Part shown: positions 7,960 through 20,109 of the stretch, piece by piece
Layout: each line of letters begins with the position of its first letter
Position numbering within the stretch: the first letter of the stretch is position 1
From: Alphaproteobacteria bacterium
GTDB lineage: Bacteria > Pseudomonadota > Alphaproteobacteria > Bin95
Reading direction: 5' to 3'
Length of the DNA stretch: 59,446 nt
Assembly: GCA_022826185.1 (NCBI GenBank)
Contig: JAJDVH010000056.1
Span: 1 to 59,446 of the forward strand
Notes under the pieces: generated by a model
Databases searched by the model: none
Seen by the model: only the letters and a program-made list of their open reading frames with translations
Told to the model about the DNA's origin: nothing
Program-made: the position numbers and the translations under genes

Positions 7960-8537
7960 GCCTCGACATCCCCGGCGCGGGCGCGGGCGATGCGGCCCCG
8001 CCTGCGTCTCTGATAGGCGCGCACAAGCGGCGCCAGCATGATGAAGAACGCCCCCCAGGCGACCGCGCCCAGAGCCGCGCCGCCGACCGTCATCGCCAGC
8101 AGCAGGGGCTGCGCCGTCTCCAGGAAGGTGCCGAAACGCCCCTCGATGCCGGCCTGGAAGGCGCGCCCCCAGGTGTCGGTGAAATTGACGCCCTCCGCCC
8201 CGAAGCCGAGCCACGCGCCGAGTTCGTAGGTGCCGACCCAGATGAAGGGGAAGGTCCAGGGATTGCCCACCACCGTGCCGAAGGCGGCCGCGAGCACATT
8301 CGAGCGCGTCAAGAGCGCAAAGATCGCGGCCATGACGAAATGCAGCCCCGGAAAGGGCAGGAAGGAGGTGAACGCGCCCCAGGAGAAACCGGCGGCCAGC
8401 GAATAGGGCGTGCCCGGAATGCGGCTGAGGCGCATGGCGAGATAGCGGGACGCCCGCCGCCAGCCCCCGGACGGCCAGACCCACCCGCCGATCCGGGACG
8501 GCAGCCCCTGCCGCCGCTTGCGCCCCAGGATCGCCAT
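7956..8537 (-). CDS. DUF2062 domain-containing membrane protein
   Basis: 193-aa polytopic membrane protein whose sequence and position upstream of pdxJ fit DUF2062. Confidence 0.65.
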   Translation of the reverse strand: MAILGRKRRQGLPSRIGGWVWPSGGWRRASRYLAMRLSRIPGTPYSLAAGFSWGAFTSFLPFPGLHFVMAAIFALLTRSNVLAAAFGTVVGNPWTFPFIWVGTYELGAWLGFGAEGVNFTDTWGRAFQAGIEGRFGTFLETAQPLLLAMTVGGAALGAVAWGAFFIMLAPLVRAYQRRRRGRIARARAGDVEA

Positions 8538-8542
8538 TGCCG

Positions 8543-10690
8543 TCAGCGCCTTGCCCGCTTGACCGAGGCGATCTCCGGCCGGGCGCTCAGGGCAGCCATG
8601 ATGTCGTTCAGATGGCGGGTGTCATTGACCTCGACATCGATCAGTATGTCGAAGAAGTCCGGCTGCCGGTTGACGAATTTCAGGTTGGAGATATTCGCCT
8701 GGTTGCCCGCGATCAGGGAGGCGACATGGGCCAGCGTGCCGGGCTTGTTGACGGCGGTCAGGCGCATCCGCCCGACATGGCCCGGCCGTTCCTGCTCCGG
8801 TTCGTCTTCCCAGTCCAGCTCGATCCAGCGTTCCGGGGTGTGCGAAAAGCTCTCCAGCGTCAGGCATTCGTCGGTATGGACGGTCACGCCCTTGCCGGTG
8901 GTGATGATGCCGACGATCCGGTCGCCGGGGATCGGGTGGCAGCAGCGGGCGAAATGGGTGGCGAGGCCGGGGATGACGCCGCGGATCAGCAGCGGGCGGG
9001 GGCGCTCGCCGCGGCGCCGGCGGGCGCGTTCGATGGAGACCACCGTCTCGGTGTCGGCATCGAGCGGCGCTTCGGGATAGAGCTCCCGCACCACTTCGCG
9101 CGCCGGGACGCGCCCGTCGCCGATCGCGGCCAGCAGGTTTTCCGGGGAGTCCAGTTCGCGCCTGACGGCAATGGGCGCCAGCTGGCGCTCGCGCCATGCA
9201 TGCCCGGTTTCGCGCATTTCGGAATCGAGAAGCTGGCGGCCGAGCTTGATGAACTCTTCGCGCCTGCGCAGGCGCACATGCCGGCGGACATGCGCCTTCG
9301 CCTTGCCGGTGACGACGAACCGGTCCCATTCCGGCGTGACGCGCAGGCTGTTCGCCGTCACGATCTCGACCCGGTCGCCGTTGGTCAGCTCGGTGCGCAG
9401 CGGCACCTGCCGGCCGTTGACCCGTCCGCCGGCGCAGCGGTCTCCGACCTCGGAATGGATGGCATAGGCGAAATCGACCAGCGTCGCCCCGGCGGGCAGG
9501 GCTTTCAGGTCGCCCTTCGGCGTGAAGCAGAACACCTGCTCCGGGAACAGCTGCATCTTGGTGTGCGACAGGAACTCCTCGGGGCTCGACGCGCTTTCGA
9601 GAATGTCGAGGAACTGCTGCACCCATTCATACTGGCGCCCGTCCACGCCGCCGCCTTCCTGCTTGTAGAGCCAGTGGGCGGCGGCGCCGTTTTCGGCGAA
9701 TTCGTGCATCTCGCGGTTCCGGATCTGCACTTCGATCCGGTGCCCGTTCGGGCCGATCAGCACCGTGTGGAGCGAGCGGTAGCCGTTTTCCTTCGGGTTG
9801 GAGAGGTAGTCCTTGAACTGCTCCGGCACCGCCCGGTAGGCGGCATGCAGATGGCCGAGCGCCTCGTAGCAGTGCATCACCGTGTCCACGACGACGCGGA
9901 AGGCCATGATGTCGGAGACCTGCTCCAGCGACACATGCTTGCGCTGCATCTTGGTCCAGATGGAATGCGGGCGCTTGCGCCGTCCGGTGACCTCGGCTTC
10001 GACGTCCGCCTCCCGGAGCGTCTGCGACAGCGCCTCGATGATCTCCCCGACCTGGTCGCCCCGCTCCCGGTCGAGGAGTTCGAGGCGTTGCACGATGTTG
10101 GCGCGGGCGTCCGGCTGGAGCACGGCGAAGGCGCGGTCTTCCAGGTCCTCCTTCCAGTCCTGCATCCCGATCCGCTCGGCGAGCGGCACATAGATGTCGA
10201 GCGTCTCGGCCGCTATGCGCCGCCGCTTCTCCTCCCCGGAGACGAAATGCAGCGTGCGCATGTTGTGCAGCCGGTCGGCCAGCTTGACCAGCAGCACCCG
10301 GATGTCCTGCGACATGGCGAGCACCAGCTTGCGCAGGTTCTCCGCCTGCCGGGTGCGGCTGGACTGCGATTCGATTCGGGAGAGCTTGGTGACGCCGTCC
10401 ACGAGGCGGGAAACCTCGCTGCCGAACATGCGGCGGATGTCGGCCAGCGTCGCATCGGTGTCCTCGACGGTGTCGTGCAGCAGGGCCGTGATGATGGAGG
10501 CGCTGTCGAGCTTGATGTCGGCCAGCAGGCCGGCGACTTCGAGCGGATGCGAGATATAGGGATCGCCCGACGCCCGGAGCTGGTTTCCGTGCTGGGCCAT
10601 CGCATAGACATAGGCGCGGTTTATCAGCAGTTCGTCGGCATCGGGGTCGTAGGCCCGGATGCGTTCGATCAGTTCGTACTGCCGAATCAT
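8543..10690 (-). CDS. spoT: Bifunctional (p)ppGpp synthetase/hydrolase (RelA/SpoT homolog)
   Basis: HD hydrolase domain (HPLEVA...HDTVEDT), synthetase domain, and TGS and ACT regions. The ATG at 10690 (MIRQYEL) is preferred over the GTG at 10699. Confidence 0.95.
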   Translation of the reverse strand: MIRQYELIERIRAYDPDADELLINRAYVYAMAQHGNQLRASGDPYISHPLEVAGLLADIKLDSASIITALLHDTVEDTDATLADIRRMFGSEVSRLVDGVTKLSRIESQSSRTRQAENLRKLVLAMSQDIRVLLVKLADRLHNMRTLHFVSGEEKRRRIAAETLDIYVPLAERIGMQDWKEDLEDRAFAVLQPDARANIVQRLELLDRERGDQVGEIIEALSQTLREADVEAEVTGRRKRPHSIWTKMQRKHVSLEQVSDIMAFRVVVDTVMHCYEALGHLHAAYRAVPEQFKDYLSNPKENGYRSLHTVLIGPNGHRIEVQIRNREMHEFAENGAAAHWLYKQEGGGVDGRQYEWVQQFLDILESASSPEEFLSHTKMQLFPEQVFCFTPKGDLKALPAGATLVDFAYAIHSEVGDRCAGGRVNGRQVPLRTELTNGDRVEIVTANSLRVTPEWDRFVVTGKAKAHVRRHVRLRRREEFIKLGRQLLDSEMRETGHAWRERQLAPIAVRRELDSPENLLAAIGDGRVPAREVVRELYPEAPLDADTETVVSIERARRRRGERPRPLLIRGVIPGLATHFARCCHPIPGDRIVGIITTGKGVTVHTDECLTLESFSHTPERWIELDWEDEPEQERPGHVGRMRLTAVNKPGTLAHVASLIAGNQANISNLKFVNRQPDFFDILIDVEVNDTRHLNDIMAALSARPEIASVKRARR

Positions 10691-10759
10691 CCCGCGCACC
10701 CGGCAGCGCTTACCGCGTCCGGCGGCAGGGAATCCCGCAGCGCCCGCGCATATGTCCCG

Positions 10760-11137
10760 CTAGCCGCTGTCGCGCGGCGGGAACTCGCCGTCCTGCTGGG
10801 TCATCGCGCGCATGAGGGAGTCGAGGTTGAGGTCCTGCTCCGCCGGTCCCCTGTCCGGAAGGTCCGGGGCCGGCAGCATGTCGAGCGCGTCGCCCGGGTC
10901 TTCCTCTTCCTCCCGGTGGCGCAGGAGCCTGCGGATCTGGCCTTCCTCGAGCTCGTCGAGCGGAACGGTTTCCTCCGCGATCTCCCTCAGCGACACGACG
11001 GGATTCTTGTCCCGGTCGCGGTCCAGGGTGATCTCCGCGCCCTCGGAGATGTCGCGCGACCGCTGCGCCGCCAGCATGACCAGATCGAAACGGTTGGGAA
11101 CCTTGAGGACGCAGTCCTCGACGGTGACGCGCGCCAT
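10760..11137 (-). CDS. rpoZ: DNA-directed RNA polymerase subunit omega
   Basis: [30 protein letters not shown] is the canonical RpoZ N-terminus. It lies upstream of spoT as usual. The 225-aa track ORF is an upstream extension. Confidence 0.95.
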   Translation of the reverse strand: MARVTVEDCVLKVPNRFDLVMLAAQRSRDISEGAEITLDRDRDKNPVVSLREIAEETVPLDELEEGQIRRLLRHREEEEDPGDALDMLPAPDLPDRGPAEQDLNLDSLMRAMTQQDGEFPPRDSG

Positions 11138-11177
11138 GGGCTTCACTCGCTGCGGAATTGAACGATAGTTGCAGGGT

Positions 11178-12152
11178 TTATAGGCGGAACGGTCCCTGAC
11201 GGCAACCGTTGCAACGGGATGGCGCCCGGCGGCGGGGCCGGACGGCCTCGACCGTGGACCAGCCGTCGCGGCGCCGCGAGCGGAGGAAGCGGAGGCCGTG
11301 GCGGCGCAGCGCGAGGCGCAACGGCAGTTCCTGGCGTTCGAGAATGCCCGATATGATGACGGCGCCGCCGGGCGCGGTGGAGCGGGCGATCCCGGGCGCA
11401 AGGCGCAGCAGGGGCCTGTAAAGGAGGTTTGCGACAATCACGTCATAGGGCGCGCCGGCATTCAGCGTAGGATGCGCCGGTCCGTCCGCCCGCACGGCGG
11501 TCAGACGCAAGCCGTTCGCGCGGGCGTTGCGGGCGAACAGCGCGATGGCGGCGGGGTCGATATCGCTTGCCGCGACGCGGACGCCCGGCCAGAGGCGCAC
11601 CGCCGCGAAGGCGAGGATGCCCGTGCCCGTGCCGAGGTCGAGCACGGCGCGGGGCCGCCTCCCCGGTCCCGTCCGGCTGCGAAGGCGGTCGAGTGCGGCA
11701 AGGCATCCCTCCGTGCTGGGGTGCGCGCCCGTGCCGAACGCGGTCGCGGCGGCGATGCCGAGGCGCACGGGAGCCGGCGGCAGCGGCGCGCCGGGGTCGC
11801 CCACGGCGATGCGCCCGACGCGCCGCAACGGCAGACCGGCATTGCTTTCCGCCGCCCAGTCGCGCTCTGCGAGCGGCGCGGTTTCGGGCGCGGGCAGGTT
11901 CTCTTCCGCGGCGCGGCGCGCCAGGTCGCCGGCATCAGGCGGAGCGGCGGCGAGTCCCTCCACCACGCAGACCTCCGCCAGCCAGAGGTCGTTCGCCCAG
12001 CCCTCGCCGCGCCCTCCTTCGCTCGGACGGGGCCGGTCGGCCGGGGAAAGCTCGAAGACGGAGACGGCGTCGGCCCAACCTTCGAACACACGTTCCGCCG
12101 CCGCCGCACGGTCCTCCGGGACGATCAGCCAGGCCCGCCAGAGCGGGGTCAA
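11178..12152 (-). CDS. prmA: Ribosomal protein L11 methyltransferase
   Basis: The SAM-binding motif [12 protein letters not shown] and FGTGAHPST are typical of PrmA. I placed the start at the TTG at 12152 (TTGA overlap with the upstream stop). The track start at 12182 is also a TTG. Confidence 0.8.
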   Translation of the reverse strand: MTPLWRAWLIVPEDRAAAAERVFEGWADAVSVFELSPADRPRPSEGGRGEGWANDLWLAEVCVVEGLAAAPPDAGDLARRAAEENLPAPETAPLAERDWAAESNAGLPLRRVGRIAVGDPGAPLPPAPVRLGIAAATAFGTGAHPSTEGCLAALDRLRSRTGPGRRPRAVLDLGTGTGILAFAAVRLWPGVRVAASDIDPAAIALFARNARANGLRLTAVRADGPAHPTLNAGAPYDVIVANLLYRPLLRLAPGIARSTAPGGAVIISGILERQELPLRLALRRHGLRFLRSRRRDGWSTVEAVRPRRRAPSRCNGCRQGPFRL

Positions 12153-12319
12153 AAGTCGATGCAGCGCCCGTCGATCTCCCAATCGCCGTAGCGCGTCGGG
12201 TCGGGCCTTGCGGGCTTGTCCTGCGTATCGCCGGCAGGGGCTTCCGGCGGCGGCGGGCGCTCATTGCCGGGCGCCGGGTACTGCACCGTCGGCTCGTCGG
12301 GGCGTGATTTGCGCGACAT
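12149..12319 (-). CDS. DUF1674 domain-containing protein (SDHAF4-like)
   Basis: 56 aa ending ...[16 protein letters not shown], the characteristic C-terminal motif of the family. The track shows only a longer 145-aa ORF in this frame. Confidence 0.75.
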   Translation of the reverse strand: MSRKSRPDEPTVQYPAPGNERPPPPEAPAGDTQDKPARPDPTRYGDWEIDGRCIDF

Positions 12320-12373
12320 GGCGCCTACATATGGCATGCTGGAGCCCCTTGCCAAGCGGAGCCGCGCCACCCC

Positions 12374-13300
12374 ATGCCGAACTTCGCCCGAACCGCGATC
12401 CTGCTCGCCGGCCTGACCGGCCTGTTCCTCGCCGTCGGATATCTGCTCGGCGGCCCTGTCGGGATGGGCCTCGCGCTCGTCTTCGCGCTCGGAATGAACG
12501 CCTTCGCCTGGTGGAACTCGGACCGGATGCTGCTGTCCATGTACGGCGCCGAGGAGGCGGATGAACGGCGCGAGCCGGAACTCCACGCCATGGTCCGGCG
12601 CCTGTCACAGCGTGCGGACCTGCCGATGCCGCGCGTCTATATCGTCCGCAACGACCAGCCCAATGCCTTCGCCACCGGGCGCAACCCGGAGAACGCCGCT
12701 GTCGCGGCCACGACGGGCCTCTTGCAGACCCTCTCGCCCAAAGAGGTCGAAGGCGTGATGGCGCACGAGCTTGCGCATGTGAAGAACCGCGACACGCTCA
12801 TCATGACGATCACCGCGACGGTCGCGGGCGCGGTGTCGATGCTCGCCAATTTCGGCCTCTTCTTCGGCGGCGGGCGCAACAGTCCGCTCGGCTTCGCCGG
12901 CGCCCTGCTCGTCGCGGTCCTGGCGCCCATGGCGGCCATGCTGGTGCAGATGGCGATCAGCCGGGCGCGCGAATACGAGGCCGACAGGCTGGGCGCGGAA
13001 ATCTGCGGCGACCCGCTGGCGCTCGCCTCCGCGCTCGAACGCCTGGAGCGGGGCGCCGCCCGCATCGACAACCATGCGGCCGAACGCAACCCCGCCACCG
13101 CTCATATGTTCATCGTGAACCCGCTGCACGCGCACAAGGCCGACAAGCTGTTCTCGACGCATCCCTCGACGGCGAACCGGGTACGGGCGCTCCGGGACAT
13201 GGCCCGCGCGCAGCGGCCGCGCCCGGCCGGGCGGCCGGGCGGCGCGCCGACCGGCGCCTCGTGGATGCAGGGGCCTCGCCGCAAGGGCCCCTGGGCGTGA
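12374..13300 (+). CDS. htpX: Zinc metalloprotease HtpX
   Basis: HELAHV zinc motif, multiple TM segments and an EYEADRLGA downstream glutamate motif. Confidence 0.9.
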   Translation: MPNFARTAILLAGLTGLFLAVGYLLGGPVGMGLALVFALGMNAFAWWNSDRMLLSMYGAEEADERREPELHAMVRRLSQRADLPMPRVYIVRNDQPNAFATGRNPENAAVAATTGLLQTLSPKEVEGVMAHELAHVKNRDTLIMTITATVAGAVSMLANFGLFFGGGRNSPLGFAGALLVAVLAPMAAMLVQMAISRAREYEADRLGAEICGDPLALASALERLERGAARIDNHAAERNPATAHMFIVNPLHAHKADKLFSTHPSTANRVRALRDMARAQRPRPAGRPGGAPTGASWMQGPRRKGPWA

Positions 13301-14547
13301 GCGGCGGCGCGGCCCGCGCGCTCGCTCTCGACCTTCTCGCTTCCGTCCTGCTGGAAGGCCGCCCGCTCGAAGACCCGCCGCCGGAGAGGGGAAGCCCGGA
13401 GCAACGCGCCTTCGCGCGCCGCCTCGCCGCGACGGCGCTCAGGCGCGCGGGCCAGATCGAGGCGCTGATGGCGCGCTTCCTTGTCCGGCCCCTGCCCCGC
13501 CGGGCGGAGCGGACCCGGCTGCTGCTGCTGCTCGGCATGGCGCAGATACTGTTCGAGGAAGTGCCGGCCCATGCGGCCGTCGATACCGCCGTCGGCCTGG
13601 CGGATGCGCGCATGAAGGGCCTCGTCAACGCCGTGCTGCGCCGCTGCGCGCGCGAGGCACCGGCCCTGGTCGAGGCCCAGGACGCCGCCCGGCTGAACAC
13701 GCCGCCGCGCCTGATGGCCGGCTGGGAGGCGGCCTATGGCGAGGCCGCCGCCCGCGCCGTCGCCGAAGCGCATCTCGGGGACGCGCCGCTCGACCTCTCG
13801 CTTCGCCGGCCGGACGCGCCGGGGCCGCTGCCGGAGGGCGAGACCATGCCAACCGGCTCGCTGCGCCTTGCGCGGCCGGGGGCGGTAAGCCGGATGCCCG
13901 GATACGAGGAGGGCGGCTGGTGGGTCCAGGACATGGCGGCCGCCCTGCCGGCGCGGATGCTGGGCCCCGTCGCCGGCGAGCGCGTGCTGGACCTTTGCGC
14001 CGCGCCCGGCGGCAAGACGGCGCAACTCGCCGCGGCCGGGGCGCGGGTGACGGCGCTGGATCGCGCGCCCGACCGACTGGCGACGGCCCGCGCCAACCTC
14101 GCCCGTCTCGGGCTGGAGGCCGAGTGGGTCGAGGCGGACGCCGCCGAGTGGCGGCCGGACAGGCCCTTCCCGGCCGTGCTGCTCGATGCGCCCTGCAGCG
14201 CCACCGGCACGATCCGCCGCCATCCCGACATCCTGCACCGCCGGGCCGGGCGGCGGCTCGACCGGCTGACCGCGCTCCAGGACCGCCTCCTCGCCGGCGC
14301 GGCCGACGCCACCGCCCCGGGCGGGCGGCTGGTCTATGCCTGCTGCTCGCTGGAGCCCGAGGAAGGGCCGGAGCGCATCGCCGCCTTCCTCGCCGGACGG
14401 CCCGAATTCGCGCTGGAGCCGGTCGCCTTCCCGGCGCTCCCGGAGGCCGCCGCGCCCGACGGCGCGCTGCGCACGCTGCCCTCCATGCTGGCGGACCGCG
14501 GCGGCATGGACGGCTTCTACGCCGCCCGCCTCGCCCGCATGGGTTGA
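13297..14547 (+). CDS. rsmB: 16S rRNA (cytosine-C5)-methyltransferase RsmB/Sun family
   Basis: NusB-like N-terminal domain and a SAM methyltransferase core ([38 protein letters not shown]). The GTG at 13297 gives a GTGA overlap with the htpX stop. The track start at 13261 is in the same frame. Confidence 0.85.
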   Translation: MSGGAARALALDLLASVLLEGRPLEDPPPERGSPEQRAFARRLAATALRRAGQIEALMARFLVRPLPRRAERTRLLLLLGMAQILFEEVPAHAAVDTAVGLADARMKGLVNAVLRRCAREAPALVEAQDAARLNTPPRLMAGWEAAYGEAAARAVAEAHLGDAPLDLSLRRPDAPGPLPEGETMPTGSLRLARPGAVSRMPGYEEGGWWVQDMAAALPARMLGPVAGERVLDLCAAPGGKTAQLAAAGARVTALDRAPDRLATARANLARLGLEAEWVEADAAEWRPDRPFPAVLLDAPCSATGTIRRHPDILHRRAGRRLDRLTALQDRLLAGAADATAPGGRLVYACCSLEPEEGPERIAAFLAGRPEFALEPVAFPALPEAAAPDGALRTLPSMLADRGGMDGFYAARLARMG

Positions 14548-14613
14548 GGGCGGCGGCGTCGCTGTTGCCGGCGTTTGACAGAAATGTTGTCAGCTGACCT
14601 GTCATACCTTCCA

Positions 14614-14642
14614 TTGAAATAATGTAACCGGTTGAATATAAT
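14614..14642 (+). promoter_or_regulatory. Near-consensus sigma70 promoter upstream of fic
   Basis: TTGAAA (14614-14619), a 17-nt spacer, then TATAAT (14637-14642), in an A/T-rich intergenic stretch. The first in-frame start candidates follow at 14652-14676. Confidence 0.5.
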
Positions 14643-14651
14643 CACCTTATC

Positions 14652-15848
14652 TTGGATTTGTTTGTGACAAAGACAGTGACAAACCAGCGGCCATACGAAC
14701 GGACACATCCCTGGCTGACCTTTGCCTTCGATCTCGGGCGGCTGCAACATACGGACTGGCTGGCCCTTGGCGAGGCGGCGGCGATGATCGACCGGATCGC
14801 CGGTGCGCCGCTCGACCCGGACATCGCCGAGGAGGTCCACAAGCTCTATCTCGCCAGGGGCGCGCTCGCCACCACCGCCATCGAAGGCAACACGCTCTCG
14901 GAAGAGGAGGCGCGCGGCGTCATCGACGAGACGGCAGCGCTTCCGGCGTCGCGCGCCTATCTCGGGCAGGAAATCCGGAACATCGTCGAAGCGTGCAATC
15001 TTGTGGGGGGCGAGATTGCCGGGCACGGCCGTTTCGCACTGACCGTCGAGAGCATAGAGCGGCTGAACGCCGTGGTGCTCCGCGATCTTGAGGTCGAGGA
15101 CCATGTCGCGCCCGGAAAGGTCCGCGAGGTGAATGTGTCGGTCGGCGGCTACCGCTGCCCGGACCGGCGCGACGCCGCTTTCCTGCTGGACCGGCTTTGC
15201 ACGGTGCTGAACGATTTTCCGCTGCCGGACGGGAACCGCTACGCCTTCTCGATCCTCAAGGCGGTCTTCGCGCATCTCTATTTCGTCTGGATCCATCCCT
15301 TCGGCGACGGCAACGGACGCACGGCGCGGCTGATCGAACTGGCCATCCTGCTGGAAGCGGGCCTGCCTCAGCCCGCCTGCCATCTGCCCAGCAACCATTA
15401 CAATCTCACGCGGACCGAATATTACCGCCAGCTGGCGAGAGCCAGCGAGCGGGAGAACGGCATATACGGCTTCGCAAGCTACGCAATCCGGGGATTTGCG
15501 GACGGGTTGCGCGAACAGGTCGAGGTCATCCGGGAGCATCAGGAAGCGGTCGCCTGGGTCAATTTCGTCCATGAGCAGTTCCGCGAAAGCAGGGGCGCGG
15601 GGGCGCCGAGGCAGCGCGACCTGCTGCTTGCGCTGTCGCGGCAGCCCGGCCCGGTTCCGGTGAACCGCCTGGCGTCTCTCGATGCGACGACCGCTCTGGC
15701 CTACGCGCCGCTTTCGGACCGGACGCTGCTGCGCGATGTCGAGGCGCTGGCGCGGCGCGGCCTTCTGTCGAGCGGTCCGGACGGCGTGCGCGCAAACCGG
15801 GAGCGCATCCGCGCCTTCCTGCCCTGGCGGAACGATCCACCGTCCTGA
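14652..15848 (+). CDS. Fic family protein (class II, with N-terminal inhibitory helix)
   Basis: Fic motif HPFGDGNGRTAR. The inhibitory motif (S/T)xxxE(G/N) is present as TTAIEGN about 140 residues upstream in the same polypeptide. The start is ambiguous (TTG 14652, GTG 14664 or GTG 14676, all in frame). Confidence 0.9.
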   Translation: MDLFVTKTVTNQRPYERTHPWLTFAFDLGRLQHTDWLALGEAAAMIDRIAGAPLDPDIAEEVHKLYLARGALATTAIEGNTLSEEEARGVIDETAALPASRAYLGQEIRNIVEACNLVGGEIAGHGRFALTVESIERLNAVVLRDLEVEDHVAPGKVREVNVSVGGYRCPDRRDAAFLLDRLCTVLNDFPLPDGNRYAFSILKAVFAHLYFVWIHPFGDGNGRTARLIELAILLEAGLPQPACHLPSNHYNLTRTEYYRQLARASERENGIYGFASYAIRGFADGLREQVEVIREHQEAVAWVNFVHEQFRESRGAGAPRQRDLLLALSRQPGPVPVNRLASLDATTALAYAPLSDRTLLRDVEALARRGLLSSGPDGVRANRERIRAFLPWRNDPPS

Positions 15849-15860
15849 GGAACGGTTCCG

Positions 15861-15890
15861 CGCCGCGTCAGAGGCGGTAGATGCGGGCGG
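15861..15890. repeat. Direct repeat copy 1: duplicated 3' end of the amidohydrolase gene
   Basis: cgccgcgtcagaggcggtagatgcgggcgg matches 16276-16305 at 27/30 positions. The reverse translation reads ...NTVSARIYRL*, against the genuine gene end ...DNAARIYRL*. Confidence 0.6.
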
Positions 15891-15969
15891 AGACCGTGTT
15901 CGATTTCGTCAGCCAGACAGCAGAAGAAGTCAGCCTATCGAATGTCGTCGGACCGGAGTATCATCGGGC

Positions 15970-16254
15970 ATGGCTGCCACTTTCGATACTCTTGCCGCCG
16001 TAGAAGCTCTGGAAGCAGCCGGTGTCAAGCCCGAGCACGCAAAAGCGCACGCCACGCAATTGCGGGCCGCGATCGACAGCGCAAGCGCCACTGCTGGCAC
16101 AGACCGCGAATATCTTGCAACGAAAGCCGACCTAGCGACGCTGGAAACGCGGCTGACCTGGCGCATGGTCGGCATCATGGTGGGGCTTCTGGCGGCGCAA
16201 GGCGCTCTGATAGTCGGTTTGGTCGTCGGGCTGCTTCAGCCGCTGCCCCAGTGA
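15970..16254 (+). CDS. DUF1640 (CCDC90-like) coiled-coil membrane-anchored protein
   Basis: MAATFDTLAAVEALEAAGVKPEHAKAHATQLRAAI...LATKADLATLETRLTWRMVGIMVGLLAAQGALIV is the typical DUF1640 layout with a C-terminal TM helix. This is an internal ATG of the 190-aa track ORF. Confidence 0.75.
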   Translation: MAATFDTLAAVEALEAAGVKPEHAKAHATQLRAAIDSASATAGTDREYLATKADLATLETRLTWRMVGIMVGLLAAQGALIVGLVVGLLQPLPQ

Positions 16255-16275
16255 GACAAGCTAACCCGGCATCCG

Positions 16276-16305
16276 CGCGCCGTCACAGGCGGTAGATGCG
16301 GGCGG
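16276..16305. repeat. Direct repeat copy 2 (covers the authentic amidohydrolase stop region)
   Basis: See copy 1. It covers the stop codon and last codons of the gene at 16283-17299. Confidence 0.6.
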
Positions 16306-17299
16306 CGTTGTCGTGGTGGAGCGCCGCCTTTTCGTGTGCCGAGTAGCCGGCGGTCAGGCGTTTGAAGGCGTTCCAGAGCACCGTGTAGCTGCAGCTCACC
16401 TTCTCGACCGGGAAGTTCGATTCGAACAGGCAGCGCTCGGTGCCGAACAGCTCCAGGGTCGCCTCGTAGTAGCGCCTCGAGGCGTCCATCAGCTCCCGGC
16501 TGGTCGGCGGGCGGGGCCGTTCGTGCCAGCCGAAGCCGTTGACCTCCATCGCGAGCCCGCCGAGCTTGGCCATGACATTCGGGCAGGCGGCGACGGGCGC
16601 CACGGCCTTGCGCCAGTCGGCGAACACCTCGTCCGCGCGTCCCTCATAGGGGCCGACGCCGATGGGTCCGCCGAAATGGTCGAGGATGAAAATCTGGTCC
16701 GGGAAGTCGCGGACCAGCCGCGCCGCCTCACCGAGCTGGGTGTGGTAGCACCAGAGCTCGAAGGTGAGCCCGCGCGGCGCTAGATGGGCCAGACCCGCGC
16801 GGAAACCGGCGCTGTCGTAGAGGCCGGGCGGCGGCTCCGTGCGGTGGTTGGGCACCTCCGGGCTTTCGTGCCATGTGGCGCCCCGGCGGATGCCGCGGAA
16901 CCGCCCCCGCCCGGCCTCGATCTGGGCGTCCAGCACGGCCGCCGCGCTGTCGCCCCGTTCGAGCCAGGCCGTGCCGACGATGCCGGCGGCGACCCGCGCC
17001 GACCCGTAGCCGCCGGAGGCCGACATGGCGGCGATGCCGTTCACGAACTCCGTCTCGCCGAGCGGGCGCATGTCCTCCGGCCCGTCGGCGCGGAACATGG
17101 CGCCGCATTCGATGAAGACCGTGCTGACGACATTGTGGCCGGTGCCCAGGTCCTCCAGGAACTCGTCGAGCAGGTAGCGCGGCTGCACATAGCCCGCGCG
17201 CGCATCCCAGAGATGGTGGTGCGGGTCGCAGATCGGCAGGTCCGGCTCCAGCGCTTCCTCTTCGGTCAGCGCCAGCCAGTCCGCATTGTCGCTCGCCAT
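16283..17299 (-). CDS. Amidohydrolase family protein (amidohydrolase 2 / ACMSD-like)
   Basis: N-terminal metal-binding CDPHHHLWD motif and TIM-barrel hydrolase features. The start is the ATG at 17299 (MASDNADW), which avoids overlap with ccrM. Confidence 0.8.
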   Translation of the reverse strand: MASDNADWLALTEEEALEPDLPICDPHHHLWDARAGYVQPRYLLDEFLEDLGTGHNVVSTVFIECGAMFRADGPEDMRPLGETEFVNGIAAMSASGGYGSARVAAGIVGTAWLERGDSAAAVLDAQIEAGRGRFRGIRRGATWHESPEVPNHRTEPPPGLYDSAGFRAGLAHLAPRGLTFELWCYHTQLGEAARLVRDFPDQIFILDHFGGPIGVGPYEGRADEVFADWRKAVAPVAACPNVMAKLGGLAMEVNGFGWHERPRPPTSRELMDASRRYYEATLELFGTERCLFESNFPVEKVSCSYTVLWNAFKRLTAGYSAHEKAALHHDNAARIYRL

Positions 17300-17303
17300 T
17301 TCG

Positions 17304-18434
<1,131 letters not shown>

Positions 18435-19049
18435 TCAAGAATCTTTCGGAATCAGCAGCTTGGAAACGGGTCTGAAAGTGCGGCGGTGACAGGGCGTGGG
18501 CCCGAGGCGGGCGAGCGCGGCCAGATGCGCGGGCACGCCGTAGCCGGCATTCTGCGCCCAGCCATAGCCCGGCCAGTCGCGGTCGAGCGCCGCCATGCGC
18601 CGGTCGCGCGCGGTCTTGGCGAGCACGGAGGCCGCCGCGATGGAGAGCGAGGCCGCATCCCCGCCGGCGACGGTGCGCACGGGGCAGTCGAGGGCGGGCG
18701 CGTGGCTGCCGTCCACCAGCGCCGCCTCGGGCCGGACGGGCAGGGCGGCCGCCGCGCGCTGCATGGCGAGCAGGGCCGCCTGCAATATGTTCAGCCGGTC
18801 GATCTCCTCCGCCGAGGCCTCGCCGAACCCGACCTTCACCAGCCGCACCAGACGGCAGTAAAGCTCCCGGCAGCGTTTGGGCCCGAGCTTCTTGGAATCG
18901 TCGAGCCCGAGGGCGGCGACAGCCGTCCGGCTGGCTTCCGGCACGATCACCGCCGCCGCCATCACCGGCCCCGCCAGCGCCCCGCGCCCGACCTCGTCCA
19001 CCCCCGCCACCGGCCCCCGCCAGGCCCGCTCCAGCGAAAAATCCGGCAT
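18435..19049 (-). CDS. rnhB: Ribonuclease HII
   Basis: VAGVDEVGRGALAGPV catalytic motif plus DDSKKL and the typical length. Confidence 0.92.
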   Translation of the reverse strand: MPDFSLERAWRGPVAGVDEVGRGALAGPVMAAAVIVPEASRTAVAALGLDDSKKLGPKRCRELYCRLVRLVKVGFGEASAEEIDRLNILQAALLAMQRAAAALPVRPEAALVDGSHAPALDCPVRTVAGGDAASLSIAAASVLAKTARDRRMAALDRDWPGYGWAQNAGYGVPAHLAALARLGPTPCHRRTFRPVSKLLIPKDS

Positions 19050-19050
19050 C

Positions 19051-20109
19051 TCAGAGCTCCAGCCGCAATTGCGCGCCCGGCGGCCGGAAGCGGGTGTCGT
19101 CCAGCTTCCCGTAGCCGCGTTCGAGGCCGAGCCGGCGGCAGGTGATCGCGAAGCGCTTCGAGATCATCTCGGCATAGGGCCCCTCGCCCTTCATGCGGGT
19201 ATGGAAGGCGCTCTTGTAAAGCGGGCCGCCGCGCATGTCGCGCACCCGCGAGAGCACCCGCGCCGCCCGGTCTGGCGCATGCGCCTCCAGCCACTCCCGG
19301 AACAGGTCCGCGATCTCCAGCGGCAGGCGCAGCAGCGTGTAGCCGGCGCCCTTTGCCCCGGCTTCCCGGGCCGCCTCCAGCACCGCTTCCATCTCGTGGT
19401 CGTTCAGCGCCGGGATGATCGGCGCGAAATTGACCGAGACCGGCACGCCCGCCTCGCTCAGCCCCGCCACGGCCTCCAGCCGCCGGGCGGGAGAAGAGGC
19501 GCGCGGCTCCATGCTCCTCGCCAGCCGCCCGTCAAGTGTCGTGACCGACATGGTGACATGGGCGAGGTTCTCGGCCGCCATCTCCGCCAGCAGGTCCCGG
19601 TCCCTGAGCACCAGGGCGGACTTGGTGGTGATCGAGACCGGGTGGCGGCAGCCGGCCAGCACTTCGAGAATGCCCCGCATCACACGGTAGCGCTTCTCGA
19701 TCGGCTGGTAGGCGTCCGTATTGGTGCCGATGGCGAGCACCTGGCATCGATAGCCGGGCTTTGCCAGTTCCTTCTCCAGCAGTTCGGGCGCGGTCGGCTT
19801 GGCATAGAGGCGGCTCTCGAAGTCGAGCCCCGGAGACAGGCCGAGCCAGGCGTGGGTCGGCCGCGCATAGCAGTAGATGCATCCATGCTCGCAGCCCCGG
19901 TAGGGGTTGATCGAGCGGTCGAAGCCGAGGTCGGGCGAGTCGTTGCGCGCGATGACCTTGCGCGGCGCCTCCTCGGTGACGGTCGTGCGCAGCGGCGGCG
20001 GCGCTTCCTCTACCGTGCCCCAGCCGTCGTCGAACGCTTCCGGGCGCTCGCGCTCGTAACGCCCGCTCCGGTTGCTGACCGCCCCCCGCCCTTTCCGAAC
20101 CGCCTGCAT
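19051..20109 (-). CDS. PA0069-family radical SAM protein
   Basis: The N-terminus KGRGAVSNRSGRYE and the CxxxCxxC cluster RGCEHGCIYCYARP match the family. The start is taken at the ATG at 20109 (MQAVRKGRGA). Confidence 0.8.
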   Translation of the reverse strand: MQAVRKGRGAVSNRSGRYERERPEAFDDGWGTVEEAPPPLRTTVTEEAPRKVIARNDSPDLGFDRSINPYRGCEHGCIYCYARPTHAWLGLSPGLDFESRLYAKPTAPELLEKELAKPGYRCQVLAIGTNTDAYQPIEKRYRVMRGILEVLAGCRHPVSITTKSALVLRDRDLLAEMAAENLAHVTMSVTTLDGRLARSMEPRASSPARRLEAVAGLSEAGVPVSVNFAPIIPALNDHEMEAVLEAAREAGAKGAGYTLLRLPLEIADLFREWLEAHAPDRAARVLSRVRDMRGGPLYKSAFHTRMKGEGPYAEMISKRFAITCRRLGLERGYGKLDDTRFRPPGAQLRLEL

